Shown here: positions 54,355 through 64,000 of the stretch, in pieces
Layout: the number at the start of each line of letters is the position of its first letter
Position numbering within the stretch: the first letter of the stretch is position 1
Assembly (NCBI GenBank): GCA_965222225.1
Contig: CBDCTK010000002.1
Coordinates: 1,216,001 to 1,280,000 of the forward strand
DNA from: Candidatus Poribacteria bacterium
GTDB taxonomy: Bacteria; Poribacteria; WGA-4E; JAJDTR01
DNA length: 64,000 nt
Direction of reading: 5' to 3'
The notes under the pieces: generated by a model
The model's input: the letters and a program-made list of their open reading frames with translations, nothing else
Told to the model about the DNA's origin: nothing
Databases searched by the model: none
Program-made: the position numbers and the translations under genes

Positions 54355-55257
54355 ATGAAATGGGTACAACTTACTGTAACAATCTCCCCGGAAGCCTCGG
54401 AAGCTGTTGCCAATCAACTCTTTGATTTGGATGCCCTCGGAGTTGAGATTCGAGATGCCCAACCACCATCCTCCCAATCTACAATCCTTATCTCCTATTA
54501 CCCAATGGATGATTTGGTCGGTGACCGTATCCAAAAGGTTCAGCGATTTATTGATTTACTACCAGAATGGGACCTTCCAGTTGGACAGGCATCAATTACG
54601 CTCAAAGCAATTCAGGATACAGACTGGACAGAAGAGTGGCGTTCCGCATTCCCCCCTAGGAGAATCGGTAATCGCATCATTGTTGCTCCTACTTGGGTTG
54701 AAATTTTGCCCAAACCCACCGAAGTGCTGATTCGTTTAGACCCGGGAATGGCCTTCGGTACCGGACACCATCCAACCACTTGCTTGTCAATCCGCTTACT
54801 TGAGGAAACAATCAAGGGAAATGAGGTGCTTGCCGATATTGGCACAGGTTCGGGAATTTTGTCAATTGCCGCAGCCAAACTCGGGGTGAGACGCGTTGAC
54901 GCGGTCGATCTGGACGAAACCACACTTCCAGTCGCCTCCAAAAATTTCCAGCTAAATGATGTTGAGTCGGTTGTTCGCCTTCAAGCTGGAAACGGACTTG
55001 ATGCATGTGCCGGCGAGTATGATGTTATCATCGCCAATATTTTGACGAAGGTCCTGCTCCCGATGATTCCTGAATTCCCTCAATTTCTAAACGTAGGAAG
55101 TGTGGTTATATTATCAGGGATTATGACGCAAGAAGCGGCGCAAGTTGTAAAAGTATTGAAACTACATCAATTGTTTCCTATCAACATTGAACATGACGAG
55201 GAATGGGTGGGAATTTCAGCAAAATTGAGTGATCGATCTCCGCAACTATATTCGTGA
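54355..55257 (+). CDS. prmA: Ribosomal protein L11 methyltransferase
   Basis: DPGMAFGTG.HPTT, DIGTGSGILS and ANI motifs; after dnaJ. Confidence 0.95.
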   Translation: MKWVQLTVTISPEASEAVANQLFDLDALGVEIRDAQPPSSQSTILISYYPMDDLVGDRIQKVQRFIDLLPEWDLPVGQASITLKAIQDTDWTEEWRSAFPPRRIGNRIIVAPTWVEILPKPTEVLIRLDPGMAFGTGHHPTTCLSIRLLEETIKGNEVLADIGTGSGILSIAAAKLGVRRVDAVDLDETTLPVASKNFQLNDVESVVRLQAGNGLDACAGEYDVIIANILTKVLLPMIPEFPQFLNVGSVVILSGIMTQEAAQVVKVLKLHQLFPINIEHDEEWVGISAKLSDRSPQLYS

Positions 55258-55384
55258 AATTTACGCTCTTTTCCGAAGGTGAGATTCGCATTGAAAAATC
55301 AAAGACCAATCCGAACAAGGAAGAAGAGGGATGGCAACAAGCATTACAGCGATCAATGAAAACATTTAACAAGAAAGTGTTATT

Positions 55385-55612
55385 GTGAATTCGATTCGCG
55401 AGGAAATTGAGAAAGCCATTGTCGCACAGAAGGTCCTAATCGATCGACTATTAATTGGAATCTTGGCGAATGGAGATTTGCCTCTAGACGAGGGTACCTC
55501 GACTAGTATAGATGATGTCCGTAAAGGCGCTCTCGGAAGCCATTCAGACAAAGTTCCAGTGCCTTCAGTTTTCTCCGGATCTCTTCCCCGCAGGCTCAAT
55601 TGGTACATTTAG
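55385..55612 (+). pseudogene. MoxR AAA+ ATPase 5' remnant
   Basis: IVAQKVLIDRLLIGILANG, then in another frame FQCLQFSPDLFP..IGT (similar to MoxR RIQFTPDLLP). Confidence 0.65.
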
Positions 55613-55663
55613 TGACCCGACCAATAATTACCTTGTTGAGCCATTAATCCAAGGAGGTGCGGT

Positions 55664-56452
55664 ATGGCACCAGAAACAGCCATCCAAAAGCGAGAACAGA
55701 TGACGCGTGATGGTTACTGCGTGATAGATGATATATTGACCGAAGATTTTCTACATCAACTCCGAGAGGAGACTGAGCGGCTAATTGAGGCACACGAACC
55801 CCCTCCTGACTTGAGATATCAGGGTCAACATGTAAACGTACGTGGGACAGACAACACCATCATTCAGAAGTTGCTAGATTGGAAGCCCTCACGTGAAGCA
55901 CTCGAACAACTTGGATTTGGAGATTTCGTGAGCAGTGGAGGAGTAATCATCCTCACGAAGGATCCGGGGGAACCCGCACTGTATTGGCACCAGGATTGGA
56001 TGCGATGGAACGATCCCATTAGTTGCTCTCCATGGCCGCAAACAATGTTTGTGTCCTACTATTTGAGCGATACATCAATTGAAAACGGTTGTCTCAAGGT
56101 AATCCCTGGCACCCATCTTAAGCGAATCCCATTTCACGATCAGCTAGTTCCCGCCCACGAACAGGGAGCTCGATTCGTAGAAGAAGACCATCCGATTATG
56201 TTTAGCGATCACCCGGACGAAGTCAATGTATGTGTTTCGGCCGGATCGCTCGTGCTCGCAGACGCTCGGGTTCTTCACTCGGCACGAAGAAACCTGACAG
56301 ACCATAGAAGAACCCTTATCTTGGCATGGCACAGCCGACCCACCATCTCAGTCCCCGCATATTGGCACGGCGACATTCCCGAGGTAATTCTCAAACGGGT
56401 GGCGAATCAGGATTATCCCGGCTCCCGCATTCCGGGCGAATATCTTCAATAA
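55664..56452 (+). CDS. Phytanoyl-CoA dioxygenase (PhyH) family protein
   Basis: WHQD, ENGCLKVIPGTH and LHS...N....RR motifs; AAGGAGG RBS. Confidence 0.9.
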   Translation: MAPETAIQKREQMTRDGYCVIDDILTEDFLHQLREETERLIEAHEPPPDLRYQGQHVNVRGTDNTIIQKLLDWKPSREALEQLGFGDFVSSGGVIILTKDPGEPALYWHQDWMRWNDPISCSPWPQTMFVSYYLSDTSIENGCLKVIPGTHLKRIPFHDQLVPAHEQGARFVEEDHPIMFSDHPDEVNVCVSAGSLVLADARVLHSARRNLTDHRRTLILAWHSRPTISVPAYWHGDIPEVILKRVANQDYPGSRIPGEYLQ

Positions 56453-56605
56453 AACGTAGTAACAAAAACAATTGTGCAACAGTTGATGAAGTGGTCCGTC
56501 TCTATCTTCATCGTTGCTCGGCTGAAGCATGATAGGTAAAATAACGGTAAAACCGTTCTCACTTCAATCTTAATTTCTTCACTGTTCAAAGTTTAAGGGT
56601 TTAAA

Positions 56606-57010
56606 GTGGTCCAACATTTCAACCTTGACGAATTGACTGCCTCGGTGTCTCTGCTCTACACTAGCTTGATGGCAATTCTGATTCTGCGCATTCTTTTCAG
56701 GAGTTTTCGGCGAGCCACTAACTACGGCATTGCGATATTAGGGATATTCTTGCTTTTCTCGGCTGTCTGTTTCGCACTTAGACTTCATCACAAAACGCAA
56801 TTTGAGCGACGGACGGTCATCACGTCTGAATCCGACGAGGCGCGGTTTGAACCCTCCGACGCTGCAACCCTCCATTTGACGCTTCATGAGGGTATGGCGA
56901 TTGAAGTTGTTGAACCCCAATCTGAATGGTCCAAAATTGAGAGATGGGACGGCAAAGCCGGTTGGCTAAGAAATTCTGCTTTCGAGACGCTGTCCCTACG
57001 GGGGAGCTAA
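56606..57010 (+). pseudogene. BatE-like TM plus SH3 C-terminal fragment
   Basis: Two TMs, then AR.EP......TLHEG......W.KI...DGK.GW; N-terminal TPR absent. Confidence 0.55.
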
Positions 57011-57040
57011 CCAAACATCTTGATTAAACCGCAGTTGCCA

Positions 57041-57304
57041 TCACGACTTTGGCGTGGAGTCCGCTAATTCGTGACAAAGTGTACAATTGCCGAGGTTGAG
57101 GTGCGGCATGGTGGGCGCTTCCTCCGTTCCAACAAGATGACATTTCAAACAGGCAGCGGGCGCCGTTGACTTATGGTGTGCGGGAATGTTGGATCTTGCT
57201 GGCGCGGCGTTGAAAAACAGAATTACCATGATAATCGCGAAAACCAGTCCGATGATACTGACAATCACCATTAGCGTCCGTGCGCTCGCTTCTTCTGTTG
57301 GCAT
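57041..57304 (-). CDS. Small membrane-anchored diheme cytochrome c
   Basis: TM helix, CLKCH and CTLCH, PH motifs as in NapB-like proteins; AGGAG RBS. Confidence 0.75.
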   Translation of the reverse strand: MPTEEASARTLMVIVSIIGLVFAIIMVILFFNAAPARSNIPAHHKSTAPAACLKCHLVGTEEAPTMPHLNLGNCTLCHELADSTPKS

Positions 57305-57336
57305 GTCTTACTCCTATAATGGGGGAAAATCTAAAA

Positions 57337-57816
57337 TTGAAGTGGAAGATTGAAGTTTACTGCAAAGCCGATACACCTGATGCCGTTGGACAAAGCAAAT
57401 TGGAAGACATCGCAGACTCTGGCGTCGCTAGCATTACTTCAGTGCGAACTGCAAAGGTTTATTGGCTCGAAGGCGAGCTTCAGATCCAAGAGGTTATTCG
57501 AGTTTGCTCAGAACTACTCGCCGACCCGGTGACCGAGGACTATGTTTACCAGAAGTCTGACGGCTGTTCAGATACATGGACTGCACAAGACCGTGCGTGG
57601 ATAGTCGAAGTCCAATTAAAGCCTGGGGTTACCGACGCGGTCGGCGACAGTGTAGTAAAGGGTATTCGCGACTTGGGAATCTCGGGGATAAACGCTGCGC
57701 ATACGGGTCAAAAATACTGGATAGATGGAACCTCAAACTCAAGCACAATCGAAGCAGTTGTAAAGCGCCTTTTGGCTAATGAAGTCATACAAACGTTCGC
57801 GATTGAGGGAAAATGA
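57337..57816 (+). CDS. purS: Tandem PurS-like domains (FGAM synthase PurS-type subunit)
   Basis: Two repeats: IEV....DAVG...LLADPV and VEV.LKPGVTDAVG...LLANEVIQ. Confidence 0.7.
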   Translation: MKWKIEVYCKADTPDAVGQSKLEDIADSGVASITSVRTAKVYWLEGELQIQEVIRVCSELLADPVTEDYVYQKSDGCSDTWTAQDRAWIVEVQLKPGVTDAVGDSVVKGIRDLGISGINAAHTGQKYWIDGTSNSSTIEAVVKRLLANEVIQTFAIEGK

Positions 57817-58008
57817 GGCACTGAAGACTGATTTTGAATATTTTGGGTTTATACCATACAAAATTACCTTAAAATATAGTTCCGGTCAAGGATTAATTTT
57901 GCCAGAATTTACAAATCCAAAAAAACTTGACAAACCTTGACGATGTCGATTACAATATAGTTGCTTGTTGACTGATACACTGGAAAACTAATCACACACC
58001 TGTATCAG

Positions 58009-58097
58009 GGTCGAGTGGTGGAATCGGTAGACACAATGGACTTAAAATCCATCGCCTGTAAAAAGGTGTGAGGGTTCGAGTCCCTCCTCGACCACCA
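58009..58097 (+). tRNA. tRNA-Leu(TAA)
   Basis: GGTCGAG/CTCGACC acceptor stem, TAA anticodon, long variable arm, encoded CCA. Confidence 0.95.
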
Positions 58098-58115
58098 TTT
58101 CAATACGCGTCTTGA

Positions 58116-58192
58116 CGCAGGGTGGAGCAGTCTGGTAGCTCGTTGGGCTCATAACCCAGAGGACGTGGGTTCAAATCCCACCCCTGCAACCA
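58116..58192 (+). tRNA. Initiator tRNA-fMet(CAT)
   Basis: C1:A72 mismatch, GGG/CCC anticodon stem, CAT anticodon, encoded CCA. Confidence 0.95.
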
Positions 58193-58241
58193 TTCAATAT
58201 GGGAAACGTGTTTCGCCGCGCGTTTCCCTTTTTCATATTCT

Positions 58242-58313
58242 GCCGGTGTAGCTCAGTGGTAGAGCACACGACTCATAATCGTGCTGTCCGGAGTTCAACT
58301 CTCCGCACCGGCA
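58242..58313 (+). tRNA. tRNA(CAT), probably Ile2 (lysidine)
   Basis: Cloverleaf with CACGA-CTCATAA-TCGTG anticodon arm; no encoded CCA; directly upstream of tilS. Confidence 0.85.
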
Positions 58314-58335
58314 TTTCACTGTCTCCGTTTTCTCC

Positions 58336-58357
58336 GCCGCTGCAAGCGGCTTTTTTT
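58336..58357 (+). terminator. Intrinsic terminator after the tRNA cluster
   Basis: GCCGCT-GCA-AGCGGC followed by T7. Confidence 0.7.
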
Positions 58358-58390
58358 ATGCCTGTTTAGTGTCCTTTATGGAGATATGGC

Positions 58391-59803
58391 ATGAGCATAT
58401 CTTCTCGTTTTCTACAGCGGACCCATCGCTTCATTTTGCAGCATGATATGATTTGCTCAGGGGAAGCCATTGTTGTTGGTTTCTCTGGTGGAGTCGATTC
58501 TCTTGCTCTCCTCGTTGCACTCTACGAATTACGCCATCCCCTTGATTGCCATCTCCACATTGCTCATCTAGATCACCAATTACGTGGAGATTCGACTTCA
58601 GATGCAGAGCTTGTAAAGCAATACGCCAACCTCTTGAAACTGCCATTTACAATTAAAAAGATTGACATACCAGCTCTGATGAAACAGCGGAAACAGTCGA
58701 TCGAAGCACTAGCTCGTAAGGAGCGCTATGAATTTTTTGAAACTGTATCCAAGAAGATTGGGGCAACAAAGGTCGCATTAGGACATCAGCGCAACGATCA
58801 GGCAGAAACAGTGTTGATGAATCTATTACGAGGAGCCGCTCTTACGGGGTTGAGAGGCATACTTCCCATCCGAGATGGCAAATTCATCCGTCCCCTGCTT
58901 GATTTTTCACGGACGGAAATCGAGGAATTTGTCGCCGAACAGGGGTTGCAGCCGTGCGAAGACTCAACCAACTGGGATCGAAACTTTCTGCGCAATCGGA
59001 TTCGGCTGGATCTTCTCCCTCTTCTCAAACGAGATTATAATCGCAATATTCAGAATACACTGGCTCAAAACGCCGAGTTGTTGCGGGCGGAATCAGACTA
59101 CCTTGAGGACATAGCTCGTAAAGCGCTTGACGCATGCCTCGCAGAGCCAGCTACACATGATGTAGTTATATTAAACCGATTGATGTTCCTCCGACATCAT
59201 CCCGCGCTGCGTCGGCGCATCCTCCGTCTCGCCATCGGTCAGATACAAGGGGATATGAAAGAGTTGGCTTTCAATCATTCTGAATTCATGCTACAATTCA
59301 GCGAGGGTAAATCTCCCAACCGGCAACTCAATCTTCCCAACAACTTGGAATTTCTACGAGCATACAATCAGTTAATCATTCAACGTCCCACAAGCAAGAT
59401 TGGCGAATTTGAGTACACCGTTGCCGTGCCGGGAGACAACAATTTTCCAGCGTTAAATGCAGTAATGGTCGCTACCATTGTTGAGGCGCCAAGTCGCAAG
59501 ACTTCCTACGTGCCTGATGGTAAATTTCAAGCAGTGTTTGATGTCGATCAGATTCAAATGCCGCTCAAAATCCGAAGTCGGCGAGCGGGCGATGGATTTC
59601 AACCATTTGGAATGGGAGGAACAAAGAAAGTGAAAGATTTCTTCATTGATGCAAAAGTACCTCAACGAATGCGACAGTCCATACCGATTCTTGTTACTGG
59701 AGACGAAATTTTGTGGGTCGTTGGACACCGCACGAGTGAAAAATGCAAAGTTAGCAATAAAACAAGGAGATTCCTCCATCTAACTTATTCGCCGGAATCC
59801 TAA
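58391..59803 (+). CDS. tilS: tRNA(Ile)-lysidine synthase
   Basis: SGGVDS, H..R, ARKERY, HQRNDQAET, RPLL and RNRIR motifs; C-terminal TilS domain. Confidence 0.96.
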   Translation: MSISSRFLQRTHRFILQHDMICSGEAIVVGFSGGVDSLALLVALYELRHPLDCHLHIAHLDHQLRGDSTSDAELVKQYANLLKLPFTIKKIDIPALMKQRKQSIEALARKERYEFFETVSKKIGATKVALGHQRNDQAETVLMNLLRGAALTGLRGILPIRDGKFIRPLLDFSRTEIEEFVAEQGLQPCEDSTNWDRNFLRNRIRLDLLPLLKRDYNRNIQNTLAQNAELLRAESDYLEDIARKALDACLAEPATHDVVILNRLMFLRHHPALRRRILRLAIGQIQGDMKELAFNHSEFMLQFSEGKSPNRQLNLPNNLEFLRAYNQLIIQRPTSKIGEFEYTVAVPGDNNFPALNAVMVATIVEAPSRKTSYVPDGKFQAVFDVDQIQMPLKIRSRRAGDGFQPFGMGGTKKVKDFFIDAKVPQRMRQSIPILVTGDEILWVVGHRTSEKCKVSNKTRRFLHLTYSPES

Positions 59804-59985
59804 CGAGTTCCATAATGTAACATTACGCTAGTTGCCACCGTAATCAGCCAAGAGACATCAACCTAGTTTTGATGACAAATCATGCGATTCAGGCGAAGGC
59901 GTGATTGATTTACTCATCGTTTCTGAAACGAATATAAAAACTCGTTTTCTCTGGAAAAGCCGGTAACTTGAGATAAAACAGAAAA

Positions 59986-60773
59986 ATGCCAATTCTAGTT
60001 AAGTCCCTCGTGGAGATTGTAGACAGGGAGGCATGTATTCGCTGGCTAGCTCGCGACCCGATTCATCATCTTATGTTGTTAGGGGATTTATACCCACCTC
60101 TAATTAATGTTCCCGAGGTTTATGTCGCAACTGAAGTGGGACAACTTGTTGGCATAGGGAGCGTGTTTCGCGGCTTTTCGACGCCGTCGGTCATCATTAC
60201 TGAAGACAATCCAACAGTTCAAAACTCACTTCTGACGAGGATGAATAGACATCTTGAAACCGAGTGGATAACGCTTTCAACCTCTGCTTCGTCCTCAATT
60301 CTCTCTAAATTCGGAAAGCGAATCTATTCTCACACCGAACATCAAATGTTGCTTCGTATGCCTATTCCAAAACCAGTGAAACCAGCCCGATTAATTCAAA
60401 AGGGTGAATTCGATGCGTTAAATCAATTTTACAACGAACATCGCGTCGAAGCATGGACGCCGCTGATGTTTGAGATGGGCCCCTCTATGGTGTTTGGTGT
60501 AATGATCGGCTTATTGCAGCTGCCGGCATCCATTTCGTGACACCCTTCATTGCTCAGATAGGCAATGTCTTTACGCATCCCAAATTTAGGGGACGAGGAT
60601 ATGCTACAGCGACAACCGTGGGTGTTACGAATCATTTGCGGCGGATGGGGATTCAAATCATCAGTCTCTTTGTAGTCGCCCATAATACGCCTGCGATCCG
60701 AATCTACGAGCGACTAGGATTTGTTAAAGAGCGAGAACTTGTACTCGCCCACTATGAACCTAAGAGGAATTAA
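59986..60773 (+). CDS. GNAT acetyltransferase (FR47-like; frameshift near 60485)
   Basis: Restoring one base gives GPFYGVWCNDRLIAAAGIH...IGNVFTHPKFRGRGYA...N.PA.RIYERLGF. Confidence 0.8.
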
Positions 60774-60778
60774 CGTTC

Positions 60779-61321
60779 ATGAAGCCTGCAGTGCAGTCAG
60801 TCTTAATCACTGAAGCGCAGATTGAAAAACGAGTTCATGAATTAGGAGGACAGATTTCCAGGGATTATGACAAATCTGATTTGGTTTTGGTCTGCGTTCT
60901 AAAAGGGGCAATCCTGTTCTTCGCTGATCTAATTCGCACGCTTGCTGTGCCAGCCCGTTATGAGTTTGTACAGCTCGCAAGTTATCACAACGATACAAAG
61001 TCTTCAGGCGTGCAGATGATTCAAGGACTTTATCAAGATCTTTTTCGCGCGGACGTACTGATTGTGGAAGATATTGTCGATACGGGAATGACGTTAGATT
61101 TTCTCTTAAATCACATCGGATCGTTTGAACCGACTAGCGTCAAAGTATGCAGCCTACTTGATAAACCTGAGCGAAGAGAAGTGCCTGTCACAATTGATTA
61201 TCTTGGGTTTGAGATTCCGAATACCTTTGTAGTAGGATACGGCTTGGACTACGCCCAACACTACAGGAATTTGCCGTATATCGGAGAATTAGATGGGGAT
61301 TCTGTCGCTTTAGACTCTTGA
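60779..61321 (+). CDS. hpt: Hypoxanthine phosphoribosyltransferase
   Basis: VLKGA, VEDIVDTG, FVVGYGLDY and YRNLPYI motifs. Confidence 0.96.
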   Translation: MKPAVQSVLITEAQIEKRVHELGGQISRDYDKSDLVLVCVLKGAILFFADLIRTLAVPARYEFVQLASYHNDTKSSGVQMIQGLYQDLFRADVLIVEDIVDTGMTLDFLLNHIGSFEPTSVKVCSLLDKPERREVPVTIDYLGFEIPNTFVVGYGLDYAQHYRNLPYIGELDGDSVALDS

Positions 61322-61642
61322 CACAAACAAACTGTAGGGGCGGGTATAATTGTGGGGGGGGGGGTGCTAGGAATATCTTTATTGTATTCCTAAAGTCTCG
61401 GAATGTATGCCTAGTGGACATTACAACTCAATACTCCGCTTGTAGCGCTGACATGCAAGCGACATCGCGATTGTCATGATGTATTTCACTGATTTTCATG
61501 AATAGTCTTGATGTGGATGTACTTGCTCAAGGAACCACGCAGAATCGGGTATCAAGCATTAGAACTCAATCCTAAGGTGTGCCAAGACAGATCCCCAAGA
61601 CATAGTGACGTGGTAAATCTAGATTGGATCAACCAAATTCTT

Positions 61643-62296
61643 TCACTTCATGAATTCATCAAACTCATCGATTTCCTCGCCCTTGCTACCGGCTGACGTT
61701 TGAGAGGCGTCATTCGCCGCATTAGACTTCGAGACAAATCCGTATATTTCTATCTCCGAAATCTTTGCCGGAGCATTTACGTTCCCGCTATACGTCCTCC
61801 AGCCGCGGATGTTTTGGACATTCTTGCGACGTTGGCCCGCGTCATCCGATGTCCGGCGCACTCGAATCTTGACACCTGAAGTATACACCGTCCGATTAAG
61901 CCGGATATCAATAATCTTCTTCTTGTTGCTTTCAACCTCCTTGATCTTCTCCCATCTGCCTTGCGAATCAGTCGTCCAGATATCGAAAGCTTGCAGGTTG
62001 GAAGAGTGAATGATGACGCGATGGATGGATTTGGGGTTTGGGAGAGTAATAATTGACTCGGATTGTGAACCGAAACTCATAACCATATCTCCCGTGCTCT
62101 CCACATATTGGGATTGTCCAACTGTTCTAACGTTCCCGTCAATAATTGCCGGATCGTTTGCCCTTACACCATCGGCTAGGACAAAGTTGCTGCTCCACTG
62201 TTGCTCGGCAGAAAGGCCCTCCAAACCGGAACAGCCACACGATGAAACGACGACTAGCACAACCGTGAAAATCATTATTGTCGATTGAAGATTCAT
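61643..62296 (-). CDS. Lipoprotein with a discoidin/F5-8-like beta-sandwich
   Basis: Lipobox-like SSCGC, C-terminal ISEIEIYG; AGGGAGG RBS. Confidence 0.65.
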   Translation of the reverse strand: MNLQSTIMIFTVVLVVVSSCGCSGLEGLSAEQQWSSNFVLADGVRANDPAIIDGNVRTVGQSQYVESTGDMVMSFGSQSESIITLPNPKSIHRVIIHSSNLQAFDIWTTDSQGRWEKIKEVESNKKKIIDIRLNRTVYTSGVKIRVRRTSDDAGQRRKNVQNIRGWRTYSGNVNAPAKISEIEIYGFVSKSNAANDASQTSAGSKGEEIDEFDEFMK

Positions 62297-62312
62297 CTGA
62301 TTTTGCTCCCTC

Positions 62313-63311
62313 CTATTGAGATGGGGCTGCTTGCCGAATAACTGATTCAATGTCGTCTCTAGTCAACCGGCGGACATTGAATTTGAGATTCTCAAAGAAG
62401 GGAACAAGATCCTCCCCCGCAGCCTGACTCATGTAATAAACCAGCATACTCGTCTTCATCTCTCCGGGAAGTTGCTGGTGGTATTTGTCCGCCTCCATAA
62501 GGCGGAAAACCTCAGGATAAAAACCCTCGCCGTAAAGCCTGTAGAGCTCTTTCACAATTGAGAACGAGTAGGCGTAGCCCCACTGCGCATCAACTGACGC
62601 GTGCCCCTTCCACGTTTGTATTGCGTTGACACTGTCCATGTCAAGTTTCATCCTCTCCTGAAGGTCGAGCGATCTGAAATCTCCTCCCTTCGCATACTGT
62701 ATCTGCACGAAAACTGCTATTCCTTCCGTGAACCATGTCGGCAGATAGTAATTGGCTGTAAAAGCATGGGTTAATTCATGCGCTCGTACTTCCCGTTGGT
62801 CAAACATAGCCTTTGGGAAGTGCATCACAATCTTCCCAACTGTTTTCAGCAGTCCGTTGCCCTGAGGAACCGTAGCATGGTGAGATTCTGTTATCGCCCG
62901 CATTGTGGAACCTTCAAATTCTTCATACAGCACAATACCGATACGACGAGTCGGAGGCGCAATGCGAAACAGTTCGTGAATAAACTCATAAAGACTCTCC
63001 ATATACAGCAACGCGCCGTGTCCTACCTCTTGACGTTCTTCGGACTCATCCAAGGAGCTTCTCTTAAGTAAGTCCTCATGAAAAGTTAGTGTATAATGGT
63101 CACTTCCAATCTTTAATCCGTCAGGGGAAACTGCAATGTGAACGTCGGGAGGCGGAAATGTCAGGTAACGCTTGCTTTGCTGCTGCCTAATTTTTTCCTG
63201 TTGGCGTTGCTGCGCCTTCTCAAGCGAGGCACAACTGGAAATGCAGATCGCGACCATAAGAAGCACAAACATGAACTTCCAGTGTTTGTAAGACAAATTC
63301 AGTTTTCTCAT
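62313..63311 (-). CDS. Lipoprotein, gluzincin/peptidase MA-like metallopeptidase
   Basis: ISSC lipobox; AHELTH...PTWFTEGIA motif. Confidence 0.8.
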   Translation of the reverse strand: MRKLNLSYKHWKFMFVLLMVAICISSCASLEKAQQRQQEKIRQQQSKRYLTFPPPDVHIAVSPDGLKIGSDHYTLTFHEDLLKRSSLDESEERQEVGHGALLYMESLYEFIHELFRIAPPTRRIGIVLYEEFEGSTMRAITESHHATVPQGNGLLKTVGKIVMHFPKAMFDQREVRAHELTHAFTANYYLPTWFTEGIAVFVQIQYAKGGDFRSLDLQERMKLDMDSVNAIQTWKGHASVDAQWGYAYSFSIVKELYRLYGEGFYPEVFRLMEADKYHQQLPGEMKTSMLVYYMSQAAGEDLVPFFENLKFNVRRLTRDDIESVIRQAAPSQ

Positions 63312-63419
63312 CTGCCGTTTTTCCGATTGATGATCTCGAAGGCTGCCACTCAGAGTCATTCAAGCCAATGCTTCGACCATCAAGCCGTTAGCGCGGGTAA
63401 ACCCTACTCCGAATCCTTC

Positions 63420-64000
63420 TTACTTGTAACCTACCGCCCCGTTAATCGGACGGCTTAAAGGATAAGCTCTAATACCTGAACGTGAAGAACTGCTAAACAA
63501 ATCTTTTATCTTCCTCTCCATTTCCCCTTCACCATGAAAGCCCACATCTCGATCTCGAATAATCCCGTTTTTGTCAACATAATATGTGCAGGGAATACCT
63601 CTGACACCGTAGTCCTGGAATTGCATCTGTCCACCTAAGAGAACTGTATAGGAAATTTGTGATTGTGCAAAGTCGCGAACTGCCTGGTGATTGTTCTCAT
63701 TGTTCAAGCCTATAACGACTAAACCCCGATCTTTATACTTCTTGGACAAATACTCTAAGTGCGGTATCTCCATGCGACAAGGCCCGCACCACGTCGCCCA
63801 AAAGTTTATCACGACAGGCCTCCCCTTGAACTCTGATAATCTGACCCGATTCCCGCTCAAATCTTGTAACGTGAATAACGGAGCAGGCTGACCATGAAGA
63901 GGAAACTCTTCGTTAGGCGTTTCTGGTGGGGTCGTGTACCCCGCAAATTTCCGCTTCAGTCGCTCTTGTCTTCGTTGCTGTGCCTCTTCCAGCGCTGCAC
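63420..64000 (-). CDS. TlpA/ResA-like thiol-disulfide oxidoreductase (5' end beyond the window)
   Basis: APLFTLQDLSG..V.LSEFKG.PVVINFWATWCGPC and GIP motifs; frame stays open to the window edge. Confidence 0.9.
   Translation of the reverse strand, partial: AALEEAQQRRQERLKRKFAGYTTPPETPNEEFPLHGQPAPLFTLQDLSGNRVRLSEFKGRPVVINFWATWCGPCRMEIPHLEYLSKKYKDRGLVVIGLNNENNHQAVRDFAQSQISYTVLLGGQMQFQDYGVRGIPCTYYVDKNGIIRDRDVGFHGEGEMERKIKDLFSSSSRSGIRAYPLSRPINGAVGYK

Overview
64-kb bacterial window, probably from Candidatus Poribacteria (inferred from the C-terminal 'AVAPQGKLTTLWGKLK' motif at ~18.1 kb; no marker gene analysis possible here). Left arm (1-9.6 kb): M14 carboxypeptidase, aroA, PorV-like and DUF5916 outer-membrane proteins, lnt. 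About 9.6-31.3 kb is an accessory mosaic: a duplicated lnt 3' end, decayed phage/satellite-like modules, IS1595 remnants, two toxin-antitoxin pairs, nucleases and a GC-rich katG. The right half is mostly core genes: prfB (programmed frameshift), lysS, lolCE/D, ilvE, bamA-skp-lpxD, CIRCE-hrcA-grpE-dnaJ-prmA, three tRNAs, tilS, hpt and lipoproteins. The main highlight is an archaeal-type ether-lipid gene set directly downstream of bamA-skp-lpxD: DGGGP synthase, a second UbiA prenyltransferase, ferredoxin, geranylgeranyl reductase and group II GGGP synthase. In the reductase, the conserved active-site Cys codon is an in-frame TGA followed by a SECIS-like hairpin, making it a candidate selenoprotein. 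Also notable are an IS1031-like MITE and a dispersed 30-bp repeat that varies only at fixed positions. Several single-base deletions in otherwise intact genes suggest long-read indel errors, so frameshifts should be read with caution.
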